A stretch of DNA of 64,000 nucleotides from Heterodontus francisci. Lineage: Eukaryota. The stretch lies in assembly GCF_036365525.1 (NCBI RefSeq), contig NC_090399.1, forward strand, positions 42,254,430-42,318,429. The letters are read 5' to 3'. Made by a program: the position numbers and the translations under genes. This document shows, piece by piece, positions 34,834 to 45,057 of the stretch. Positions within the stretch are counted from its first letter, which is position 1, and every line of letters begins with the position of its first letter. The notes below the pieces were generated by a model. It saw only the letters and a list, made by a program, of their open reading frames with translations. It was not told where the DNA came from and did no database searches.

Positions 34834-35795
34834 CCATGGAATGAAAGGAACCTTGTTTGGATCATTTCTCATTCTGAGACACATTTCACAACTTTTCACT
34901 AACTCTTCAATATCTCTCTCTACCTTTGGAGATCAAAAATAGCTTCTTGCTACTGTTTTCATACAGACTATCCCTGTGTGCTCTTGATGAAGTTCCTCTA
35001 ACAATCTTTCTCTAAATCTTGTGGAATAATGACTTTTAAACCCCATAGGAGACAGCCTTGATCTACACTCAGTTCATTTCTACATGTGAAATATTCCAGC
35101 AATTTCTCATCACACTCTTTAGACCAGACATTCATGACATGATTGAGCACTTTACTGAGCACCACATCCTTGTGAGGTTTTTCACTAATTTCTCTGGCAG
35201 ACACTGGCAGGGTGTTGCAATCTTTTTTTTCCAAAAATATATTTTATTCATAAAAATCTGTAAAAAAAAATACATTACCAAACAGTGCAAACTTGACATT
35301 TTAGAAAGTGCAATAGAGATCAGATTCCTTCAATACAGAACGTGAGTTTCCTCACAACTCTTCCCATTCCATCTTTCATGCAATGAACATATGCATTACA
35401 CAGCAAAAACATATTTTGGCGTATACGGCCTGAGGGGTTTACACTGTCGGCTGTGCATTGTCCTTTATCTTGACCTCAGCCTTGTGATGTCTAATTTTAT
35501 CATTTGGTCCTTCTTGCTGAAAGACCATTTTAATGTCAGACGCACTCTTACTGATCCTTACTGTAAATAACTCGGCTCAGTTTACCATATTTTCTTAAGG
35601 CAATTCTTTCCCATCAGGGAGACTTTGTTCACTCCTTCTACAACCAATGATCAGTAATAGGATGCATCATCAGATTCCACCCTAACACTAACTTCACCTA
35701 CCACTGGAATACTATTATTGGAATAACTAGTCAGTTTCACACCAGTTTTGCGTAAGGGAATGTGACTTAGGGACTCCTTGTACTCTCCTTCCAAG

Positions 35796-36871
35796 CAGCA
35801 GTTGGCAACCTGTCCGTACACAGGTGCCAGTGCCTGTGCTAATAATGTTGAGGATCTTGGTAATTTTGAATGTCTTGCTCCAAGCTTTTAAACTTATGTC
35901 CAATCAGAGCATGAGGGAGACGGGACTCGCTTGGAAGACTGGAGCCGTCAATGAAGTGCTCCCTGCCCATGTCTGACCTGCGGAATCAGCCATGGAGAGT
36001 GTTGGTGTGATTAGAACAGATAGGATAGTGCACAGGAAAGTAATGATAGAACTGGAAAGGGAAGACTTCATTGAGACAGAGCAAGCTGGTTTTTATCGGC
36101 AGACAGTCCACTTTCTCAGCTCTTCAAAGGTCCTGGTTTCTCTCAGAGTGCAGGGCCAGTGCCAAGAGGCAATGTGTTTCTGCTCCTAGTTGGGGGAAGG
36201 GGGTTCGGGAGAGGCGGGGGGAGAGACAAAGGGGGTGGGGAGAGGGAGGGAGAGATAGAGAGGGGGGAAAGAGAGAGGGAGACAGAAGGGGGATAGAGGG
36301 GGTAGTGGGGCAGAGGGAGGGAGTGGGGGGCACAGAGGGGGAAGAGAGAGGAGGGACATGAGGAGAGAAAGGGGAATGCGGGAGAGAGAGGGGGACACAG
36401 AGGGGTCGGTGGATCACAGAGGAAAGGGTTAGAGGGGACAGAGGGAGGGGTTAGATTGGGGAGGGACACAGCAGAGAAGGATGGGCACAGAGAGGAGAAA
36501 GGAATGCGGGAGAGGAATGGACACAGAGGAGAGAGGGAGAAGGGAGTGAGATAGACAGGGAAAGGAGAGAGAGATAGACATAGACAGGGGAGAGAGAGAA
36601 AATGATGAAAATCCCTCCTGCCAGATGGACATCTCTCCGAATTCTCCTCATCCCTACATGAAGTGTTCGGGCAGACATTGACTACATGTACAAGTCCAAT
36701 CAATGCCAGGTATATCACTAAACATGGAGAAATGTGTTTAAAATCAGACTCTGTTTTGATGGTATTAAGTTGTCTGTACACATTATATACAGATTAATTA
36801 CCCCCATGTCCATGACTAAGTCAATAACTTTGTCAAATGTCCGTGGTGCAACATGTTGGTGCCTATCCCTG
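35796..36871. mobile_element. Non-autonomous hAT (Charlie-like) element nested in the Gypsy protease (left arm)
   Basis: Mirror of 39359-40434. Confidence 0.65.
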
Positions 36872-37379
36872 CTTCCGAGATAATAGACACTGCTGCAGCT
36901 GTATCAACGATGAAAGTAAGTTGTCAATCTCCAACTTTCATTTTTACTGTGGGTTCTGGAATTATATCTTCAGCCCTTTTACTCTCATCTTCCATGTGCT
37001 GTTTTTCTTGCTCTCTGACCGAGTTTCACTCTTGATCTTCCTGCTCGATAACATCAACTTCTGTTCCCATATCCATCATATGTGCATCCGAGGACTTCCA
37101 GGCTCCTGAACTAGTTTTAGATCAACCACCACCTCGACCTGGTGCATTGCTGCAACCTGAAGCTTTTCCGTGATCTGGAACATTACTGTTTCCTCTACTC
37201 CTGCATGTCGTCTGGATATGACCGACTTTCCCACAGGGATAGCACTTTGACTGGAAATGGGGGCATTTAGATGGTTGGTGGTTACCATGACAACAATAGC
37301 ATCTAAATATCTGACTCTGAATCTGTGAACTAGGCTGCCGTGACCTGGTTCCCACTGAAATCCGGTGGACCTCCCCTGC

Positions 37380-38040
37380 TGAGCTGCTCCTGCACACTCT
37401 CCACTTCCTTACCCTCGTCTGTCTCCTGGACACGACGTGGCGGTCCGTGTTACCATCTGGCAGAGAGGGGGGTCCCTGGTGGGGGGCTCACTATGCAGGA
37501 GTCCTCCCCTTTTACATCGGGGACCTGGGGTGGAGAGTGCTGCACAGGACAGTCCTGTGCAATAGACATTTAAGTAGGTTCACAGACTCCCAGGCTGCCT
37601 GTAGTTTCTGTGGCCTGGATAATTCCATGTACCAGGTTTCCAGGGAGTGTGTGAGGTTGCAGCCCCTGGTTGAATGTTTAACTGGGCTACTCCTCAAGTT
37701 TGGTTGCACTTCAGCTCCTGATCTTTGGGCACCTGGTGCGGAGTGGGGTGGACCGGGAGGAGGATATCCTCGTCAGTCTGCTCCTGGGCCTGGTCAAGAT
37801 GGCGATTCACAGGTCCAGGCAGTGGGCCATCAGGGGTTCATCCACCCGGATTGCCTGCCCCTCTTCCAAGGTTGCATTCGTGCCGGGGTGTCCCTGGAAA
37901 AGAAGTACGCGGTGTCCGTCTATTCTCTTTTGACCTTCTCTGACTGGTGAGCACCACATGGGCTGGAGTGCATTATTGCTGTGGATAATCAGGTTTTAAT
38001 TTAAGTTTTATTTAATTTCCCTGTTTTAATAAAGTTAATT
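37380..38040 (+). mobile_element. Tx1-clade LINE 3' fragment in the inverted-repeat spacer
   Basis: ORF 37447..37950 contains GDLGWRVLH...CSFCGLDNSMYQVSREC, a zf-RVT region. Confidence 0.7.
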
Positions 38041-38144
38041 ATTATAAATATAATAATTATATTATAAAGGTCCCGTCGCCAAATAAATAAAAATTTGGTT
38101 AGCTAGAGAGACAGCTACCGGTACACTTTCTCGACAACACAGTG

Positions 38145-38640
38145 AGGAGGGACAGAGAGAGAGGGAGGGGTGATGAGAGTGGGAGGGGTGACAGAGGAAG
38201 GGTGACAAAGGAATGTGAGGGGGGAGAGAGAGTGAGTGGAATGGGATTGGGATGGGTAGATGGTGCGAGAGGGTAGTGATGGGGATGAGAGATGGATTGG
38301 GTAGACTGAGAGGAGGTAGAGAATGAGAAAGGGAGAAGGACTGGGTGAGGGTGGATGTAAGGGGTGAGGGCTTGAGGAGGGAATGGGGAGAGGAATGGGG
38401 AGACAGGGAGAATTTTTGTGTGGGAGAGGGGTGGAGGGCAACAGAGAGTCTGGGGAGGGGGGAGAGAGAGAGACAAATAGAGAGAAAAAGGGTGACTGAA
38501 AGAGCAAGGGAGAGAGAGTGTATGTGAGAGAGGGTGAGAAGGTGGGAGAGGGTGAGAAGGAGAGAGAGGGACAGAGAGTAGGTGGAGGGGAGAGGGAAGT
38601 GATAGAGACAGTGGGAAAAGAGAGATTGGCGCAAGAGAGA
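38145..38640. repeat. GA-rich low-complexity tract, followed by an L2 fragment (-) to about 38845
   Basis: Purine-biased simple sequence. 38650-38845 is homologous to the reverse complement of 3600-3760. Confidence 0.7.
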
Positions 38641-39358
38641 GAAGATTAACAAGCCGGAAATAGAGGAGCACAGAGATCTCCGAGGTCTGGAAGACTTGAT
38701 GAGATTACAGAGACAGGGTGGGTTGTGGGGGTTGGAGGAGATTATAGAGATAGTGAGGGGTGAGGCAATGGAGGGATTTGAAAACAAGGATGTGAATTTT
38801 AAAATCGAGGCGTTGCTGGACTGGGAGGCGATGTAAGTCAGAGAGACTTCCATCAACTGAATGACAGCAGGAATCACTGGGAATGTGAAAATACCCCTAG
38901 TTCACAGATTCAGAGTCAGATATTTAGATGCTATTGTTGTCATGGTAACCACCAACCATCTAAATGCCCCCATTTCCAGTCAAAGTGCTATCCCTGTGGG
39001 AAAGTCGGTCATATCCAGACGACATGCAGGAGTAGAGGAAACAGTAATGTTCCAGATCACGGAAAAGCTTCAGGTTGCAGCAATGCACCAGGTCGAGGTG
39101 GTGGTTGATCTAAAACTAGTTCAGGAGCCTGGAAGTCCTCGGATGCACATATGATGGATATGGGAACAGAAGTTGATGTTATCGAGCAGGAAGATCAAGA
39201 GTGAAACTCGGTCAGAGAGCAAGAAAAACAGCACATGGAAGATGAGAGTAAAAGGGCTGAAGATATAATTCCAGAACCCACAGTAAAAATGAAAGTTGGA
39301 GATTGACAACTTACTTTCATCGTTGATACAGCTGCAGCAGTGTCTATTATCTCGGAAG

Positions 39359-40434
39359 CAGGGATAGGCACCAACATGTTGCACCACGGACATTTGACAA
39401 AGTTATTGACTTAGTCATGGACATGGGGGTAATTAATCTGTATATAATGTGTACAGACAACTTAATACCATCAAAACAGAGTCTGATTTTAAACACATTT
39501 CTCCATGTTTAGTGATATACCTGGCATTGATTGGACTTGTACATGTAGTCAATGTCTGCCCGAACACTTCATGTAGGGATGAGGAGAATTCGGAGAGATG
39601 TCCATCTGGCAGGAGGGATTTTCATCATTTTCTCTCTCTCCCCTGTCTATGTCTATCTCTCTCTCCTTTCCCTGTCTATCTCACTCCCTTCTCCCTCTCT
39701 CCTCTGTGTCCATTCCTCTCCCGCATTCCTTTCTCCTCTCTGTGCCCATCCTTCTCTGCTGTGTCCCTCCCCAATCTAACCCCTCCCTCTGTCCCCTCTA
39801 ACCCTTTCCTCTGTGATCCACCGACCCCTCTGTGTCCCCCTCTCTCTCCCGCATTCCCCTTTCTCTCCTCATGTCCCTCCTCTCTCTTCCCCCTCTGTGC
39901 CCCCCACTCCCTCCCTCTGCCCCACTACCCCCTCTATCCCCCTTCTGTCTCCCTCTCTCTTTCCCCCCTCTCTATCTCTCCCTCCCTCTCCCCACCCCCT
40001 TTGTCTCTCCCCCCGCCTCTCCCGAACCCCCTTCCCCCAACTAGGAGCAGAAACACATTGCCTCTTGGCACTGGCCCTGCACTCTGAGAGAAACCAGGAC
40101 CTTTGAAGAGCTGAGAAAGTGGACTGTCTGCCGATAAAAACCAGCTTGCTCTGTCTCAATGAAGTCTTCCCTTTCCAGTTCTATCATTACTTTCCTGTGC
40201 ACTATCCTATCTGTTCTAATCACACCAACACTCTCCATGGCTGATTCCGCAGGTCAGACATGGGCAGGGAGCACTTCATTGACGGCTCCAGTCTTCCAAG
40301 CGAGTCCCGTCTCCCTCATGCTCTGATTGGACATAAGTTTAAAAGCTTGGAGCAAGACATTCAAAATTACCAAGATCCTCAACATTATTAGCACAGGCAC
40401 TGGCACCTGTGTACGGACAGGTTGCCAACTGCTG
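39359..40434. mobile_element. Non-autonomous hAT (Charlie-like) element
   Basis: Imperfect TIRs cagggataggcacc / ggttgccaactgctg and 8-bp TSD ctcggaag (39351-39358) / cttggaag (40435-40442). Removing it rejoins the protease as DTAAAVSIISE|GEYKESLSHIPL. Confidence 0.7.
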
Positions 40435-41396
40435 CTTGGAAGGAGAGTACAAGGAGTCCCTAAGTCACATTCCCTTACGCAAAACTGGTGTGAAACTGAC
40501 TAGTTATTCCAATAATAGTATTCCAGTGGTAGGTGAAGTTAGTGTTAGGGTGGAATCTGATGATGCATCCTATTACTGATCATTGGTTGTAGAAGGAGTG
40601 AACAAAGTCTCCCTGATGGGAAAGAATTGCCTTAAGAAAATATGGTAAACTGAGCCGAGTTATTTACAGTAAGGATCAGTAAGAGTGCGTCTGACATTAA
40701 AATGGTCTTTCAGCAAGAAGGACCAAATGATAAAATTAGACATCACAAGGCTGAGGTCAAGATAAAGGACAATGCACAGCCGACAGTGTAAACCCCTCAG
40801 GCCGTATACGCCAAAATATGTTTTTGCTGTGTAATGCATATGTTCATTGCATGAAAGATGGAATGGGAAGAGTTGTGAGGAAACTCACGTTCTGTATTGA
40901 AGGAATCTGATCTCTATTGCACTTTCTAAAATGTCAAGTTTGCACTGTTTGGTAATGTATTTTTTTTTACAGATTTTTATGAATAAAATATATTTTTGGA
41001 AAAAAAAGATTGCAACACCCTGCCAGTGTCTGCCAGAGAAATTAGTGAAAAACCTCACAAGGATGTGGTGCTCAGTAAAGTGCTCAATCATGTCATGAAT
41101 GTCTGGTCTAAAGAGTGTGATGAGAAATTGCTGGAATATTTCACATGTAGAAATGAACTGAGTGTAGATCAAGGCTGTCTCCTATGGGGTTTAAAAGTCA
41201 TTATTCCACAAGATTTAGAGAAAGATTGTTAGAGGAACTTCATCAAGAGCACACAGGGATAGTCTGTATGAAAACAGTAGCAAGAAGCTATTTTTGATCT
41301 CCAAAGGTAGAGAGAGATATTGAAGAGTTAGTGAAAAGTTGTGAAATGTGTCTCAGAATGAGAAATGATCCAAACAAGGTTCCTTTCATTCCATGG

Positions 41397-42325
41397 TGCC
41401 ACGATCCTGTTTTTTTTCTCTCCTCAGGAAATATTGCGGAGTGTCTTTAAGGCAGCAAAAGATCAGGACTTCAAGGCAGCCAGCATCAGAAGTTACCAAG
41501 TGAAAGTGAATCTTGGTTGCCTGGATACAACCATACAGAGAGGGGGAACAGGAAGTACAATGTCACCATTTGATTTTGAAACTGGCTGGCAAATCACTGT
41601 TTTGTTCAGAGACAGACAGACACAGCTTTGTGTTAGCACCTGAAAGGAGAGCTGGTAGACCAGTTTAAACTGAAGGAAAAGATAGTTTATTATCTCTCAA
41701 AATTCTAAAAAGTTAAGCCAGATTAATTATTTTAAAAAAATACTTATTATTGATCTGTGTTCATCGCTGGAAAAAGAAGAGTAACACTTCAACTGCTGAA
41801 CTGGACTGCTGAATTTCCTATCATTGAAGAATCTGTCTTTTCTTTCCATCGTACAACTGCAAAGACTTCAAGCATCCGAGGACTGTTTCTACATTGAAGA
41901 TTCCATTTCGTCAGGAATGTAAATCTGCCAAGACTTTATTGTCATTCCTATTTTTACGGCAGTTAATTCAACATCAAACTACCATTAGTTTGGGTATATG
42001 TATGTGAATGCAGGAGTTTGATTTTTTTAAATAAGTTGTAAGGTCTTCAGATATTGGTTTATCTTAGTAGTGTTTAAGATTTTAGTTTTTTGAAATAAAT
42101 AGTTAATTTGTTGATATCTAAGGATGCCTGGTTTGCTTCGTCTCATTTGGGGATTATTAGATTGTTTCAATTCGGCTGCTGTTTTCTTTGATTTGGAAAG
42201 CTTTAAGATATATACGATGTGACCTGTGGGGTGGTGGGACTGAATTGACTGTGCATTGCTCCCACCGCAGTCAGAATCATATATTTTTGATTGGGGGCTT
42301 TGTCCTGCACAGTCATGCCATAACA
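41397..42325. mobile_element. Solo LTR nested in the Gypsy integrase (right arm)
   Basis: tgccacga...cataaca with TSD atgg (41393-41396 / 42326-42329). Removing it rejoins PFIPW|SNTKRLWKHIYVDF. Confidence 0.8.
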
Positions 42326-43547
42326 ATGGTCAAACACAAAAAGACTGTGGAAACACATATATGTCGATTTCCTCGAAGTGGAAGGGAAAGTATTTTGTTT
42401 TGGTCGAGAACTACAGCAAGTGGATAAATGACGAGTCTATGCCCAATACCACAAGTACCAAAACTATTGAGGTTTTGAGAAGTTGGTTTGCAATTTATGG
42501 GTTCCCAGAGGACAAGGTTTAGTTTGCTTCAGCCTGACATCAATAACAAAATAAGCGAAAAGCAAGACAGAGTGAAAATGAGTCATGATACATGAGGCAT
42601 GAAACTTAGAGAGTTCACTGCAGGTCAGAAGGTCATGGTGAAAAACCACCACAGTGATAAGGAGAAGTATGTGTTTGGAGTTGTTGTGAAAAGACTAGGT
42701 GCATTCAGATATCTAGTGTAGATTGGAGAGAGACTCTGTCAACATCATGAAAGAGGAAATCTGACAAAAGGAGAGCATGAGAAACCTCCCATCGTCCAAA
42801 TTCCAACAGTCCCAAGTGAAAGTCAGAATGAAAGTGCAAGTCAGAAAGGAACTGAAAGTTTGTCAGTATCACAGAATCCACCAGTAGAGCAAAGTGAGTC
42901 AGGGTCTTTGATCAAGATGAATCAATCAATTTCACAGTCCCAACTATTAAGTGGAGTTAATAGTCAAAGTCAAAGTTCAGGGTCGACACAGTCTGAGATG
43001 TTGGGAGAGCAGAGTCAAGCTAATGGAAATGGAAGAAGATATCCAAACAGAAAGAGAAAGAAGCCAGAAAGATTCATTGAAAGTATGTAGGAAGGAAGAT
43101 GCAAGTTGTTCTTTTCATTACTTCTTGTCAATGATGATATTTTTTGTGAAAGACAGACAGGTGTTAAAGAAAAACATTTTTTTTTACATGTAAATGACTC
43201 TGGAAATATTAGTTACATAAGTTTTCATTGTGATTACAGTAGTAACAGGTATGTAACTTAACTTGTTAAATTTCAGAGTATTGTTATTGTAATATGGGAA
43301 ATTATATACAAGTACCATTTTATATTTAATGAAAAAAAAATAAGTTGGGAGGGAGTGTCATATACAATATTAAACTGGCTGATTGTATTGCAATTACAAT
43401 ACTATGTCTCTGCTGCCCTCTCTGTTGGGAGGTGTTCCAGCATGGCTGCTCCCAGTGAAGACCTCATGTCGTTTTACTCTGTGAATACACAACACTTTGA
43501 AAGTCATGTGGCGAACAATCAGGAAAGATAATTGTTTTCACTGCTCC

Positions 43548-43639
43548 CCTTTAATGGTTGAGTTTGAAAAGTGGTGAACTGCACTGTAAAACAAACCAGA
43601 GTTATCCTGAGGTCTCTGGTTCAATTCTGGCTTGAAAGT
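43548..43639 (+). pseudogene. tRNA-Tyr pseudogene (mirror copy)
   Basis: Reverse complement of 32592-32683. Confidence 0.6.
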
Positions 43640-44857
43640 GCATGTCAAGGGGAACCAGTAGATGTAGTCTACCTGGATTACCTAAAGTAATTCGATAAGG
43701 TGCCACACAAAATGTTAATAGGCAAAATAAGGTCTCATGGGGTTGAGAATAATAGCGTGGATAGAGGATATGTTAATGGATAGGAAGCAAAGAGTGGGCA
43801 TAAACGAAGCATTTTCAAGTTGGCGGGCAGTAAATAGTTGGGTGCTGTAAGGATCAGTGCTGGGGACTCAGCTATTTCCAACCTATGTTAATGACTTAGG
43901 TGCAGAGACAAAGAGTAATGTATCAGAAAGTTAGCAGCCAACTACAACAAGCAGTTCGGAAGCCATATGGAGTGTTGTCCTTTATTGCAAGGGGATTGGA
44001 GTACAGGAATAGAAAAGTCTTGCTACAATTGTACAAGGTTTTGCTGAGACCACATCTGGAGTACTGTATGTAGTTTTGGTCTCCACAGTTAAGAAAAGAT
44101 ATACTTGCAATGGAGGCAGTACAGTGAAGGTTCACTAAATTGGACCCTGGGATGAGGGGGTTGTCCTATGATGAGAGGCAGAGTAAATTGGGCCTATATT
44201 CTCTGGAGTTTAGAGGAATGAGAGATGATCTCATTGAAACATACAAGATTCTGAAGGGGTTGGATAGGGTAGACCCAGTGTTTTCACTAGTTGAGGAATC
44301 TAATACAGGATAAGGGACTGATCATTTAGGACTGAGAGGAGGATAAATTACTTCACTCAAAGAGTTGTGAATCTTTGGAAGCTTTGGAAAGGGTGCAGAG
44401 GAGATTTACTAGGATGTTGCCTGGTATGGAGGGAAGGTGTTATGAGGAAAGGCTGAGGGACTTGAGGTTGTTTTCGTTAGAGAGAAGGAGGAGGAGAGGT
44501 GACTTAATAGAGACATATAAGATAATCAGAGGGTTAGATAGGGTGGATAGTGAGAGTCTATTTCCCCGGATGGTGATGACAAACACGAGGGGGACATAGC
44601 TTTCAGTTGAGGGGTGATAGATATAGTACAGATGTCAGAGGTAGTTTCATTACTCAGAGAGTAGTAGGGGCGTGGAACGCCCTGCCTGCAACAGTAGTGG
44701 ACTCGCCAACTTTAAGGGCATTTAAGTGGTCATTGGATAGACATATGGATGAAAATGGAATAGTGTAGGTCAGATGGTTTCACAGGTCGGCGCAACATCG
44801 AGGGCCGAAGGGCCTGTACTGCGCTGTAATGTTCTATGTTCTAACCCCAGAGGGTTA

Positions 44858-45057
44858 NNNNNNNNNNNNNNNNNNNNNNNNNNNNNNNNNNNNNNNNNNN
44901 NNNNNNNNNNNNNNNNNNNNNNNNNNNNNNNNNNNNNNNNNNNNNNNNNNNNNNNNNNNNNNNNNNNNNNNNNNNNNNNNNNNNNNNNNNNNNNNNNNNN
45001 NNNNNNNNNNNNNNNNNNNNNNNNNNNNNNNNNNNNNNNNNNNNNNNNNNNNNNNNN
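44858..45057. other. Assembly gap (200 N)
   Basis: A run of 200 n; the round length suggests a scaffolding placeholder. Confidence 0.99.

Larger units (their letters stand above)
31376..37334. repeat. Left arm of a 5.96-kb near-perfect inverted repeat
   Basis: ORFs mirror those in 38896-44856 with essentially identical translations (coordinate sums 76230-76232). Confidence 0.97.
32714..37385 (-). mobile_element. Degenerate Ty3/Gypsy (K02A2.6-like) element: gag zinc knuckles, protease, integrase, PPT and 3' LTR, with nested insertions
   Basis: CYCCHGNH...CYPCGKVGHIQTTC (ORF 37122..37433), IVDTAAAVS protease, and RNELSVDQGCLLWG plus LRSWFAIYGFPE integrase segments. Confidence 0.85.
38896..43517 (+). 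mobile_element. Mirror copy of the Gypsy element; PPT agttgggagggag then LTR from 43356
   Basis: Same motifs as the left copy. The LTR end (about 43517) is approximate. A Tx1 3' tail is nested at about 40889-41008. Confidence 0.85.
38896..44856. repeat. Right arm of the inverted repeat, ending at the assembly gap
   Basis: Reverse complement of 31376-37334. The differences noticed are homopolymer lengths: T8 near 32891 vs A9 near 43332, and C4 near 31639 vs G5 near 44589. Confidence 0.97.

Noticed and set aside
36071-40159. Pro/Ser/Leu-rich ORFs of 190-271 aa (36143..36781, 38062..38877, 39449..40087)
   Set aside because: They arise from GA/TC simple sequence inside a hAT element and the inverted-repeat spacer.
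31376-44856. Arms as terminal inverted repeats of a giant DNA transposon (Polinton or foldback type)
   Set aside because: The arms consist of ordinary decayed CR1, Gypsy and tRNA sequence, the spacer encodes no transposase or polymerase, and no TSD can be tested because of the gap.
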